This document shows positions 1 through 12,035 of a stretch of 64,000 bases of DNA, piece by piece (position 1 is the first letter of the stretch; every line of letters begins with the position of its first letter). The stretch spans positions 2,046,001-2,110,000 of the forward strand of contig JBHGNT010000012.1 in NCBI GenBank assembly GCA_043228905.1, given 5' to 3'. The notes under the pieces were generated by a model that saw only the letters and a program-made list of their open reading frames with translations, had not been told where the DNA came from and searched no databases. The stretch comes from Azolla caroliniana. Its lineage: Eukaryota > Plantae > Polypodiophyta. Position numbers and translations under genes: made by a program.

Positions 1-28
1 GAAGGAGCGAGAGTTTGGGTTGATTGAG

Positions 29-138
29 GGTTTAGGGTATTTCAGTAAATAGTTGGAAAAGTCGAACGGGAAATAGAGGGGTATTTCAGTAAATAGTTGG
101 AAAGGCTGAAGGAGGGTATTTCTGTAAATAGTTGAAAA
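29..138. repeat. Three copies of a ~26-bp motif (AGGGTATTTC[A/T]GTAAATAGTTG) plus a telo-box-like GGGTTTAGGGT upstream of NDUFB3
   Basis: Motif seen at ~34-58, ~79-103 and ~114-138; TTTAGGGT at ~31-38. Confidence 0.8.
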
Positions 139-212
139 TTGTGTGTGAAGAGAGAGAGAGACATCAGTTTTCATCATCAAATCAGAGAAACAGAGGAACA
201 GAGGAGGAACAG

Positions 213-262
213 AGGAAGAAGAAGAAGAAGACGAAGAAGAAGAAGAAGAAGAAGAAGAAGAG
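213..262 (+). repeat. (GAA)n microsatellite in the presumed NDUFB3 5' UTR
   Basis: Direct reading. Confidence 0.9.
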
Positions 263-280
263 AAGGAGGAGGGAGGGGCG

Positions 281-487
281 ATGGGAACTACAGGGGATTT
301 CTTCAGAGCGAGGGATGAGTTCCGTAAGCACCCTTTCATAAGCCATAACTTCCGCAGGGCCACTCCCGGGCTCGGCATCGCCCTCGTTGCATTCGGAGCT
401 TATCTCTTCATCGATGGTATGTATGAGAAGCTCTACAAGCAGCCACAACAGAAGACTACTACTGGTGTTGGCCATGCCCATCATTAG
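281..487 (+). CDS. NDUFB3: NADH dehydrogenase (complex I) beta subcomplex subunit 3 (B12)
   Basis: 68-aa ORF; GTTGDFFRARDEFRKHP...HNFRRATPGLGIALVAF matches the plant B12 signature (GTTGEFFRRRDEWRKHP...RHALPGLGI); one TM segment and a His-rich tail. Confidence 0.92.
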   Translation: MGTTGDFFRARDEFRKHPFISHNFRRATPGLGIALVAFGAYLFIDGMYEKLYKQPQQKTTTGVGHAHH

Positions 488-1138
488 CCCTCACCCTGTA
501 AGTACTTCTCTTCTTCTTTAACTTGCTTTTTATTTTTGGTTTCTTCATATGTTCTTTTGCATTTCCTCTTCTTTTGTCTTTGTTCCTCATTGATCTGTGC
601 CTTTTTTTTGTTTTGTTTTGTTTTGTTTAAGACTTTTTGTTTCATAGATCTGTCTGTTTGTTTTTTCATCATCTGAGTTTTCTGTTTTTATCTGCTCCCA
701 TAATATGAAATTTGTTAAAAAAAGCTTTTATGAAAATTTAGCTCCTTTTTCCTCCTCCCATAATAGGAAAGATGTAAATGCTGATGAATTTCTAGCTCTC
801 TTGCTTCCATAACATGTGTTATGCTGTGAAATTTAGATAAAATTCTGTGCTTTTTTATTTTCTCTCTCTTGTGATATTGGCGTATGCTTATACAATGGTT
901 TCCTATGTTCAAAATATACGTGTCACTTGAAGGATATGCAAATCTTGTTCTTTATTCACCTCTGATATCCACAATTATTGCGAGATTGAACATGCTTTAT
1001 GCATATCGTTTTGTTTTCATGATACATAATTTGATGTTTTTCGAAGGGGGAAACTGGAAAGAGTTTTGTTGTTATGGTAACCAAAATTGAAGGTTCATCT
1101 CAAAATTTATGCTCACTGTGCTTACAATTGTGTCTATA

Positions 1139-1173
<35 letters not shown>

Positions 1174-1210
1174 TCTGAAGAAAGTTAGGAGTATTCAGAA
1201 TGTATATAAA

Positions 1211-1258
<48 letters not shown>

Positions 1259-1297
1259 CTGAAGAAAATTAGGATTATTCAGAATGTATATAAAAAC
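1139..1297. repeat. Tandem duplication of (TA)n plus a ~45-bp unit
   Basis: AATTCTGAAGAAA.TTAGGA.TATTCAGAATGTATATAAAAAC occurs twice, each preceded by a TA run. Confidence 0.85.
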
Positions 1298-3194
1298 CTT
1301 TCTTCACCCATTCATGAGAGCACAGAATTTTTTTAGGTTTCGCTTGTCTGCAATTTTAATATGCATATCACTATTTGATGATGTCTTTTGATATAATTGA
1401 TCATTCTTGATTGAATCATCAAGATACGCTATGTGCTTATATCATATTTGTTGAAGATTATGCATATTTGCCTATCATGCTCACAGATGTCAGACGTTTC
1501 TTGTTTGAAGCCTTTGGCATTGGATAACATATGTACACAGTGTACATCAGTCATGCTCGATGATCAGTTGAGATAATGATTTATTGACTGTTTCTTGACA
1601 TGTGGGAAACAAAATATTCAAAAAAGTGGTTCTGTTAATTGAATCTTTTTTTTTTCCTCACTAACCAATGTTTACTTGTTAAAACAGTTTCGTTGAAAAT
1701 GGGATGATCCAATGGATGCTGGGTGGGCATTTTCATAACACCTTTTTTTTGTTATCTTTCTACTAGCAATCATAATTTATGCAGATGGATTACTATATGA
1801 TGCCAGTTGCATATGAAAGCTCTTTAAATGTGGCTTTTTTGTCTGTTTTCAACAAAAGGGTTATCATAATGAATCCATATAGAAGTCTCTTATGGGTTTT
1901 TCATTGCTGTATTTAGTTTTTTCTACTAATGAATTCAGATAGAAATTTCATTATTTTGTGGTTCCAATAATCATTGAGAAATGCTATGTAAAGTGGATAT
2001 GGAACTCTTGTACCGTTCATTTTACATGCTTCCTATCCAATCAATACTTTTGTGAACTTACAAGCTGTTGTATATATACTCTTGAGTGCAACAAAGCATT
2101 TGTATTGGTATACAATGCCGATTTTGTTGACAGATTCAAGTAGTTTCTGATGGGCAAATGCATGGGTAGCAATGATGACGGTGATAAATAATATCATGTA
2201 TTACATGTTTCATATATTTCTGTGTGTAATTTTGTGGACGTCCTTCGGTTTTATTCATATCGGCACATTTTTATGCATTTGATTTTGTTATATTTTGTTC
2301 TTGTATTGAAGCCCATTGATGTTTCATATGGTTATGGATGGAAATTCAGATTTTTCTCTTGGAATGCATTTAAAATTTGAGCAAATTGTTCCTCACTGTA
2401 GGCGAGGTTTTATGTATGGTGATATCGTATGGCCGAATTCAGTCTCATCTTTTGGCAAATAAGAGAATGGAGTGTTGGTGATGTGGGCTTCCTCGTTGGG
2501 AAGATGTTAGATGATAATATTGCAAAATTAAATATGACCCGCAAAATACCCTCGTCAATGGTTTGGTATTGGCATGGATTGGAAACAAATTGCTGGACAA
2601 TTTCCTCCAAACACATGTTTTGTGTCAAGGCTTAATGTGCCATCCATACTCTTGTGACCACAACTAGAATTGATTCGTCATTCTGATCATTTTTTGCACA
2701 TGTCAACCTCTTGATTGTGGAATCAATGTGAGGTTAACCTTACAAGTATGGTGTGATACCATGGTGATGGTGATTTTGTATTTATTGTCTAGCCAAACCT
2801 TTCTTATATGTAACTTAAGTTGTGTTGTAGAAAGGAAGAAAACAATGGTTTTATAATGTTGTGATTCCCCTCCATTGGCAAACTTGAACTTGGGTGGTCT
2901 ATCCTATCTATGTCTAAGACGAAGCTTAGTTGGAGGGTAAAGTTGGAGGTCTGATGCGAATGTTAGTAGGCTTTGTTATACATTAAAATTCAACAAGACC
3001 TTTGCCCAATGCAAACTATACATTGCATATGGGAAAACATCACAGAGTGCCCTTGCCTCATATGAGGAAATTCTGGCTTCATTTTCACAAAGTAAATAAC
3101 CGAGTTGTAGTATAAGTGCTTCCTTTTATTCGAGATTACAATTTTGGGTTGACATGGCAATTGTATTTGAAGATGTACAATCACAAGAGGCGTA

Positions 3195-3645
3195 CCATGT
3201 TGCCTGGGTGCATTATATTGGCTACTAGGAAGTTGGTATAGAGTTGCACTTTTTTTCATGTCTTTGCAGTGGTTAGCATTCTCTGAGGATGATACAAAAA
3301 ATAATGGATCATTTTGCATTACGCGGTTGAGTGTTGCTCATAATAAACCAAAGAAACAAAACAAAAAAGTGCATTCAAACCAATGCCTCCAGTATGGTAC
3401 TGCAACGTTATTTGAAAATGTATAGTAAGTGATGCATATGATGTTGCCTAGGTGCATTAGATTGATAGTTAGGAAGTTGGCATGGGATTTACATGTTTTT
3501 TCATTTTGTGTGGTGGTTAATATATTTTACAAGAATGCAAAAGAATGGGCTATTCTAACCTTTACTACGTCATTGAGTGTTGGTGGATGATAAATCAAAG
3601 AAACAAAACAAAAAACACATTTTTACCAATACCTCCTGGTAGGCT
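3195..3645. repeat. Diverged ~245-bp tandem duplication
   Basis: TGTTGCCT.GGTGCATTA...TAGGAAGTTGG...CAAAGAAACAAAACAAAAAA recurs at ~3198 and ~3442. Confidence 0.7.
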
Positions 3646-4649
3646 CCGTTTCATGTTGGTGGATTATTAGGTTTAAGAACATTTCTCTCATGACAACAAA
3701 CAAGTATCATTAGTTGATAGAATTCTATGCTTGGATTGCACGTTGTGCTAATCGAATATTGATACATTAAATTATCTTCATTATCATGTTTAAGGCATTG
3801 AAATAGTTTTAGCATAGTTGAATCCACAATGAAATGAACTTGTGTGTGTCAACATTGATCTTTTTTCTCTTCCACTACACTTCAAACTCAATGTCCTTAA
3901 TCGGTAAAGAGAGAGAAAGCATGATTATTATAAAAGTAACATAATTCAAAGTACAACAACATAGAATAACTTGTAGAGCCATAAAGTTAAATCACAAGCT
4001 CATTTAGAACCGTAAAGATAAATCGAAAGCTCACGATATCTCGCGCATTGAAGATCAAGATACGGCGAGGAATTTGAATCAAGTGGTCATAGCCCCCCCC
4101 CTTAGATTTACTTATGCCCTTTCAAATATATTTAAAAGATTATTACTTATTATACAATAAAGCATTCATATTTTAAAGGTTATATCACACATAATAATTA
4201 ATCAAGGCTTTTCCCCTACAAGAAAAGGGGCTTTACAAATTCATTTTCCATCTACACAAACCCAAAGGGATTTGTCGAAAAACGTAACATGGCCCGAACA
4301 ATAATAGTGTCCATTTAAAGGGATTTTGATTGGATTTATTCCATTGAGATGGGAACTTTTATTTATAACATGAGTGTGGGAAATGACGCTTCTTAGAATG
4401 TGCTGAAAACTCTTGATAAATAGATAAATTTGCACCTCTTGGAGAGTGAAGGGTCGTCGACAAAAACTAATGAGAAAAGACACAAAGGGAGAGAGATTAG
4501 AAGAGAGAAGGGATTTGAAGGAGAAGTAAGGAGGAAAGCACAAGGCAGAAGGCAAAATCAAAAGCAAGAGCCAATAGCGCCCACAAAAGTAAAAAAAGCA
4601 AAACGAAAGACGCTCTTGTCTTTTCTTCTACATCATGCTTTGAGAGAGG

Positions 4650-4761
4650 AGAGAGATGTTTGTGATGGTTGGATGATAATAAATGCATAACATATATAGA
4701 TGCACATACTGTGTATATGCATGTATACAGAGAGAATTAGGCAGGAGTTTGGAGGTTATGT

Positions 4762-4802
<41 letters not shown>

Positions 4803-4970
4803 GTTTGTGATGCTTGGATGATAAATAATGCATATACACATACATATATGCATGCATGCATGTATAATACATTAGTTTGGAGGTTGTGTGTGTGTGAGAG
4901 AGAGAGAGTTTTGTGATGCTTGTATGATAATAATGCATAACATATATATGCATGCATGCATGTATACAAT
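4650..4970. repeat. Degenerate minisatellite, 3 units of ~110-145 bp, with (AG)n and CATGCATG tracts
   Basis: TTTGTGATG.TTG.ATGATAA..ATGCATA recurs at ~4658, ~4804 and ~4910; (AG)n at 4767-4799. Confidence 0.75.
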
Positions 4971-5378
4971 CAATTAGGGCACTAGTTTTGTGGTCACCCA
5001 GAAAAGGTGGCCCAATATTTGAGCCCAAAGTCCCTATATTGGGCATTCAAGCTAAATGACACAAACATAGTTATTATAGGTATACATACAAGTTTTTGCC
5101 AATCCACTACCCCTTGCAACAATCCCTTACACCATTATTGTTTCTCGAGTATAAGCTTCTTCAATACCCTATGCCATATATATTGTTTTCTTATTGTAAT
5201 TGTCTTCCTCCTGAACTCTGGCATATAAGGGGATATTGGTGTCCATGGTGATGACGTATTGAAAAGAGGACAGTTTAAGCGTTTGGTTGCATGCATCCAT
5301 CACTTGAATTGCTACATTCAATATTTATGTTGTTTTTAAATCAGGAATTAATCTTTTGAGTTGACACAGGAAGGATCA

Positions 5379-5804
5379 ATGAAGGGGAAAACATCATGTG
5401 TTTGTAGCACGTGCAATTGTGGGCTTCATAATTGCCCTACTTTCCCTATGTGGCCATCAACAAAGGATGAACCGACACCCATACCATTTGGGAAACAATG
5501 GAAGATGAACGGAGTGTCCATCGTTACAACAGACTTTACGTCCAAGCCTATATATCCACATGTGCCCCCTCGCCCTAGTTCTCGTAGATGGATATCTGAT
5601 AAAGAAACCACCCACCATGACCATTTTCGACCCTTGCCCATTGCACCTTTGAGTCCTTGCCCACCCTTACACCCACCCAAGTGTGGGGGCTACAAGAATA
5701 CTCGTTCCACTTACAAATCCGACTATAAGAAAAATCCCCCATGCCCCATGTCCCAAATATCTGACCTTACACTTGGACAAGGTGGACATACATTTTGGAC
5801 TTGA
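5379..5804 (+). CDS. SAXO/FAM154 (stabilizer of axonemal microtubules)-like protein, short form
   Basis: First ATG at 5379. N-terminal CVCSTCNCGLHNCP matches the SAXO CxCxxCxCGxHxCP motif, followed by Pro-rich spacers and three Mn-like modules (MNGVSIVTTDF, DKETTHHDHF, TRSTYKSDY). Further exons are not excluded. Confidence 0.72.
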   Translation: MKGKTSCVCSTCNCGLHNCPTFPMWPSTKDEPTPIPFGKQWKMNGVSIVTTDFTSKPIYPHVPPRPSSRRWISDKETTHHDHFRPLPIAPLSPCPPLHPPKCGGYKNTRSTYKSDYKKNPPCPMSQISDLTLGQGGHTFWT

Positions 5805-8800
5805 AAATTTTATATTCGAATACACTTTACTTCAAATTTTCACTATATTCTATTGTTAATACCTTGGTGTTTGAAAGAAATTTAACCTCTTTATTGTCAA
5901 ATCAATCGAGTTTGTGCTATGATGCAAGCTTTGCTTCGTAATAATTTTCATCAACACGTCCTAATAAGTGTATTCACATGTTTGCATGAGATGAAAATCA
6001 ATGCCTCTTTGGCTATATAAGTTTCATAATTTATTTTTAATAGAGAGAGATGAATAATGTTGAAGCTAACACCATGGGGACTACGGGGTCAAAAACGTTA
6101 TTCGAGCCTCACTTTCAACAAATTATTCTAGATTGCTATGACTTTGATATTGCTTAAGTATTGAACTTGATAATGCATGACTAGCTTTATGTTTTTAGTC
6201 CAAATAATGTGTTCTTTAGAAGGATGTTAAACTTGAAATTAACATGTTTTATATAACATGCAAATATTTGAACATGATTGTATACAACTATCCATGTTTA
6301 GTTTACTCTCCAGAACATATTTTCATGAAAAATACAAAGAGATCATGAAATCTAACATGCATGAAATTATCAATGGTAAGACTGAGAAATCATATACATC
6401 ACAAATTATTGAGTAAAAATGAATACTTAAGGAGAACATTGGGCATGCATTGGTGTTGCTAGATACGCTTCTCAAAGTCAAGTGACAAGTTGATAGTTGT
6501 CGAGAATCAAACTCAACTTCCCTAGTGCGGGAACACAACTTCGGAATACCCAAGTGTGTGAACATCCCACCTCCTTGTATCATAAACTAAGTGTCATAGA
6601 AGTTAAGTCCTATGACACATATTTAGTAGTTAGTTAAGTCTCCACCTATTTCCCAAGTGGTGGTTGTAGTGAGAGAACATAGAGAGAAGGTGACTACATA
6701 AGCACCTTCTCCTCCTCTTTATAGTAGTTGGCTATTATTCTTGTTAATATAGTTTTACTATTTTCTATATACTCTGTGTTTTCTCTCTCCCGCACACACA
6801 TACATACATACACATTCCGTTGCACAAAATCACTCTTGATTCTTTACATGGTATCAAAGCGATCGGTAGCTTAATCCAAGCCCATTCGTGTGTGTTGTGT
6901 ATACTCTGACATTCTCGAAGAACCGACTGATCCTTGTAGTAGCAATTTGCATAGTTCGTGTCAAAGAGAAGAAGAAGAAGAAAACTCACTCCATAGAGTT
7001 CGATTATCATGAATACTCAGATGGGAAGCGCTCTTCCCACCGAGAAACTCAACAGAAATAACTTTGCATTTTGGGAGTAAAAGATGCACGAATACCTTGT
7101 CAGCCAAGTATATTGGAGTTACATCAAAGGAGCACAAGAAAATCAACCAAACCCAACACATGCCGACCACCCACCCAACTTGGGAGCAAGCGGTGAGTCG
7201 TGTGTTATACTGCCTTGCATCATGCGTTCATGATCACATGCTCAACTACATTTGAGAGGCCAGAATGCCGAAGGAGGTGTATGGGAACCTCAAAAAGATA
7301 TCCGCGGCCAACACGACCACACGAAAAACTTCAACTCCATCAAGAGTTGAACAACATCCAACAAAGGGATATATCAATCAACAACTACACCTTGAAGATC
7401 AAGGAATTGTGTGACTCCCTTGGGTCGATCAATGTCAACATTGACGATGATGAAATGGTGTAGATATGCCTCAATGGCCTAACACCCTGATTCGGTACAA
7501 TAAGGTCGGTCGTCCTCGTGAGGGAGAATTCTCCCTCCTTCGATCTCCAATCTATGTTGCTGGTCGAAGAAAATCACGTCTAAACAAGGAGCAATGTGCA
7601 AGACAAACACATGCTCTAGTGGTGGAAGAAGAGGCTGATTCAACCAAGGCTGACACAATCACAACCGCACGAACCGAATTTTTACTACCGGCAAGATGTT
7701 GCAACCACATAAGGTGGAACGTCTGGAAGAAGGGGAAGCAATCATGTCGGACCAAGCCGACAAAACAACTCCACCTAGTGCAGATATTGTGGCAAATTCG
7801 GCCATTACGAGGCAGAGTGTTAGAAGAAGAAGAGTGAATTGGCCTTCACAAACCAACTACGCCTCCAACTCCCACTACGACAATCGTTGCAGAATGTTTG
7901 TAATGAGGTACAGAGTGAACCCAATGATGACCTCCAACCCATCAACACCTCCAACTCTGAAAATGTATGGTTTGTTGACTTGGGCACATCCAATCACATG
8001 ACGTCTCATGAAGATTGGTTTCGAGAATTGCGAAAACTAGAACAACCCACCTATGTGGAAACTGGGGATGACACAATTCACCCTATTCAACATGTCGGTA
8101 ATGTCCCATTTGGTGAAGAGGGCAACCAAACCTACATCAAGAACGTGTTGCATGTTCCACCAATAACGGAAAATCTAGTCTCGATTGGCCAGATTGTGGA
8201 ACAAGGCATGCAAGTTCGCTTGACTAACAGAGGGTGTTTAATCGAAAAGGAAGGTCGAATTATCAGTCGCGGTCGAAGAGAAGGCTAGATGTTCATTCTC
8301 GATTCTCACAAGATGAAATTGGTAATGTTTGCCAACGACCACGAGGCTGACACCGACATAGAGCCGTGGAACAAAAGGATCGGCCACATCAATCTTCACA
8401 AGCTCAAAGGAGTGCATTTGAAAGGAGTTGTCATCGGATTCCCGACCTTTACCAAAAAGGAGATTACATGTGTATACGAAGCCTGCCAACTCGGCAAACA
8501 ACATTGACAATTGTTCCCAAAAGAGAGGAACGTGAGTAAGGGGATCATGGATGTAATACATTCAAATGTATGGGGACCAACAAACGATAACATTTGGTGG
8601 ATGATGATATTATGTGACGTTCATCGACGACTTTTCCAGGCACACCTGGATATTCCCTATATGAAAAAAAGAGTGAAGTGTTCTCACACTTTCAGAAATT
8701 TAAACACGAACTCGAAAAGGCAACTGGTTGCCATTTACGATGCCTTCGATCGGACAGAGGCAAAGAGTATTTCTCTGACGTCTTCACAACATACCATCGA

Positions 8801-8954
8801 ACAAGAAGGAATTCGATAGGAGTTTACTTGTCGACACACACCTCAAAAAAATAGGTAGCCGAAAGGAAAAATCGGCACATATTGGAAGTAGCAAGGGCAT
8901 TCATGAATGAGAAAAACCTGTTGAAATCATATTGGGTTGAAGTGGCGAACATGG

Positions 8955-9724
8955 TGTCGCGAGGATTTTCGGCCATGGTGAGAAAACCAAGTGGGATGGA
9001 TAAAATGGGGATGTGCAACATTGCACATGCACTTGGAAGATTTGTAAAAGAAACAAATGTAAAAGGAAGGGTAAATGTAAGGTGTTAAAAGTGCACTACG
9101 AAAATTCATAAAGTGTAAGTGTGATGTGCACTTATGTGCACATGCACATGTAGACTAAAGGGAGAGTACATGAAGTACGCGTGTAGTGAGTAGTGAGCAT
9201 AGTGTGTGTGTGAGGAGAGGGAGTTAAGGCTCCATCAATCTCTCCTCCTAAGATCAAAGCCAAATATTCTCCCATTGAAAGAAGGGGGGGTTGACCGAGC
9301 TTCTTTATGTAATGTGCCTCACCCCTTACTACTATAAAAGGTAGTGAGGGGCCATTTTTGAGGGGCGTCAACTTTTTGGGTTTGTTTGGGTTGCCATTAC
9401 GGTTTCAGAATTTTGGGTTTTAGGATCTCATTTTAGGGGTTTCATTCGTCTTCTTATTCTTCTTCTTTTCCCCTATCCGGTTAGGGTTTCATCTAGAGGG
9501 TTTACATTCGGCCTACATGGCCACAATTGTAATTGGTGTTGTGCTTTCCATAATGTATCTTGTCTTGTTTAGATCTTATTCTCTTGATTCTTAATCTTTC
9601 TCTTCCTTCTCGGTTGAACTCACAAGTTTCTCTCCCTCCTCCCTTGTCCAAGACCCCCGTGGTCCCGTCCTATCCGACATGCACTCGCGGATTTCCGCGA
9701 CATTTGGTGAACCCAACGTGAATC
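8955..9724 (+). mobile_element. Foreign LTR (748 bp) plus tRNA-Trp-type PBS inserted in the Copia integrase; rest of the element is missing
   Basis: Terminal inverted repeat TGTCGCG (8955) ... CGCGACA (9702), then TT and TGGTGAACCCAACGTGAATC (9705-9724); host integrase sequence resumes right after. Confidence 0.8.
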
Positions 9725-9855
9725 AGTGCACAACATCTGTGAATCAATGCACAACGTTTGGAGTGCACGATGTTACCCCCCACGAGAAGTTCAATGGAAA
9801 GAAGCTAAACTTATCCCATGTAAGGATATTCGACTCTATAACATTCGTACACATT

Positions 9856-10275
9856 TGTTAATAATTAGGTAATTAAGCAAGGGTTAATTAGTACCTAATT
9901 ATATGATTAAATTAAGCGGAAGATTAAGTGATATGTGTGTGAGAGGAAGTTAACACTATGAACAACGAGACAAGATGGGGGAGGATTAACTATATAAAAA
10001 AGCATCATCAAATACAAAAATACCCACAATGAGGTATATGTATATAGATCTCATGTGCAAGGGTGAACATGTGTGAGGAGAATATAGGTACAAAGGTGTA
10101 AGTCCTATATTAAATGTACTTAGGAGTGGAGGATCTAGAATATCCCACTTAAGTATAAGGTTATATTTAAGGCCTTATAGTTGACACAACACTTCTAACT
10201 AGATTCTATTTAGGTAATTACTAAGTTAAGTGGTTGACTAGCTAACTAACTATAGTTGAGCTTGATATCTCAACA
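9856..10275 (-). mobile_element. Solo LTR (420 bp) of a Copia family related to the other Copia elements in the window
   Basis: TG...CA ends with a perfect 5-bp TSD ACATT (9851-9855 / 10276-10280). Its minus-strand start TGTTGAGATATCAAGCTCAAC resembles the other Copia LTR starts. Removing it restores integrase VHI|ADEKRQK. Confidence 0.9.
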
Positions 10276-10436
10276 ACATTGCTGATGAAAAGCGGCAAAA
10301 GTTCGATCCAAAATAGGAGAAGTGTATCCTCATTGTCGAGGAAATCCTTGTGTGTTCGTGAAATGAAGCGGGACCGTCGAGGTCCTGAACTGGAAGGACT
10401 CGATGTTTTTACTAGCGTAAGCGAGAAAGTATTGAA

Positions 10437-11625
10437 GAGATAGATAGATAGATAGATTATATTATCGTCTTCGGAGGTCAAATATGACCTATGAGACCAA
10501 AAATATTACATTTCACGTGATACGTGTGAAAGTGAGTAGTGACTCTCGATGCTCAAGAACTTTACCAATGAATGTTGCAATTGAGAGTGCACATTGTGGT
10601 TGTGAGAGGAATTCATGCAAAGATTGGGCTCGATCGAAAAGATGTGGAAAGCATGGTCGAATATGATCAAAGGAAGAGCATTGTATCAAAGTGTGATACT
10701 TAGACTCGCAAACTTGTTTAGGGCAAAGTGTGCATAACCGACCACTCTCATCACTTGTACCCCAACGCCCTGTTTCACATCGCAATGCATGTGAGCTAAG
10801 TCCCATGGAAGCAATGGTTCGAATGGCAGATAACGGTATGGGCTCTAACATGTATGGATGTGTACGATTTCCTCGTTCCGCAAAGAATATGGTTTTGTAG
10901 TTAGGTGCAACATGTGTAGTATAATGTGTGAAGCGTGAGCCTCCACATTTGTCCCATGTCATGATATATTGGCGTTGCAAAAATGCCTCATTTACAGAGG
11001 AATCTAATGATGCATCATGAAGCAAGTGTCTCGCATCCCATCTACCGAACCATTTTTCTATATCTTGCATCCAACCGGAACACAAAATTTTGCTTTTATG
11101 CGTCTTTTGGATCTTTTTGCTTGCTTCCCACGCAATTCTAGGAAGTCGATGTGAGGGACTTTTTTGAACCTTAAGCATGTATTCAACAACCCTTTCCATG
11201 GCCATGATCTCAATGGGAAGCGATCCCGTCTCAAGGAGGAGGGTGTAGGGCGTTTGTTTCTTAACTTGTAGAAACTTGGTAAGAAAATGCTTTTGGACAT
11301 TTTCAAACTCTTTCCACATAGATTTAGGGATGCTACCACCCCATACTTCCACCCCATAGAGAAGAACGGATGTCACCAAAGTGTCGAAAAGATATTTCTT
11401 GAGGACCCAACACTTAATATCTCCAAGATTGCCTGTGTTCTCAAATACATAGTATGCTCGCTTGCCCGCCTCTAAGCGGCGTGTAGCACATTCATTCCAT
11501 CTATGATTTGAAGGAACTTCAAGGCCAAGATATTTGAAGCTTTCCACACATTCAAGTGGCTCATTGTTGTACATAATGCATGGTTTATCTTTTTTTTGGC
11601 TCATCACAAGCATAATCTTTGGTTT
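10437..11625 (-). mobile_element. 5'-truncated RTE-X-like LINE (RT C-terminus plus CCHC finger)
   Basis: 366-aa ORF 11613-10513 with ESFKYLG, LLYGVEVWG, HALRCETGRW, CTLC...E..YHTLIQC; short 3' UTR ending in a (TCTA)n tail at ~10437-10456. Confidence 0.88.
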
Positions 11626-11637
11626 ATCTCATTGTTT

Positions 11638-11686
<49 letters not shown>
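11638..11686. repeat. (AG)n microsatellite
   Basis: Direct reading. Confidence 0.95.
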
Positions 11687-11688
<2 letters not shown>

Positions 11689-12035
11689 GAAAATTCCAAT
11701 TCCAACTTTGAACCCTTGACTTCAAATTTGAGAGACAAGACACATTACCAATGAGATAAATAAGATTTTTTATTATTAAATTCTTGATTCAATGCATAGC
11801 TCCCCCCTCCTTTTGTCTTCCTTTCTTATATAGATGGCCCCATGCATATGATGCATGTGAGGGTACAAGACATGCATATAATGCATTAAATGCATGTGCA
11901 TCATGAATAGTTTATACATGAAAAAATGTTAACAATAAACTATGTCTCTGTGCCCACACATGTGGTTTCGACTCTATAAGTTCTATTACGAGGACACCGA
12001 AGTGCACTTTGACCTTAAGTCTAAGCATGACATTG

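Larger units (their letters stand above)
6498..10335 (+). mobile_element. Degenerate Ty1/Copia LTR retrotransposon (5' LTR, gag, protease, integrase; 3' part missing), interrupted by two LTR insertions
   Basis: LTR 6498-6848 (TGTCGAGAATCAAACTCAAC...CTTTACA); tRNA-iMet-type PBS TGGTATCAAAGC at 6849; gag MNTQMGSALPTEKL; zinc knuckle CRYCGKFGH; protease WFVDLGTSNHM; integrase WNKRIGH/ACQLGKQH and C-terminal TPHEKF...VHI..DEKRQKFDPK; many stops and frameshifts. Confidence 0.92.

Noticed and set aside
2150-2960. Coding-like stretch with a possible splice acceptor at ~2401 and a 68-aa ORF
   Set aside because: No recognisable domain and frequent stops; probably a decayed TE or gene fragment that I cannot assign
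10334-11934. Possible further LTR (TGTCGAGG...TGTTAACA) hosting the RTE-X copy
   Set aside because: Flanks (CTCAT versus ATAAA) give no TSD and there is no second copy
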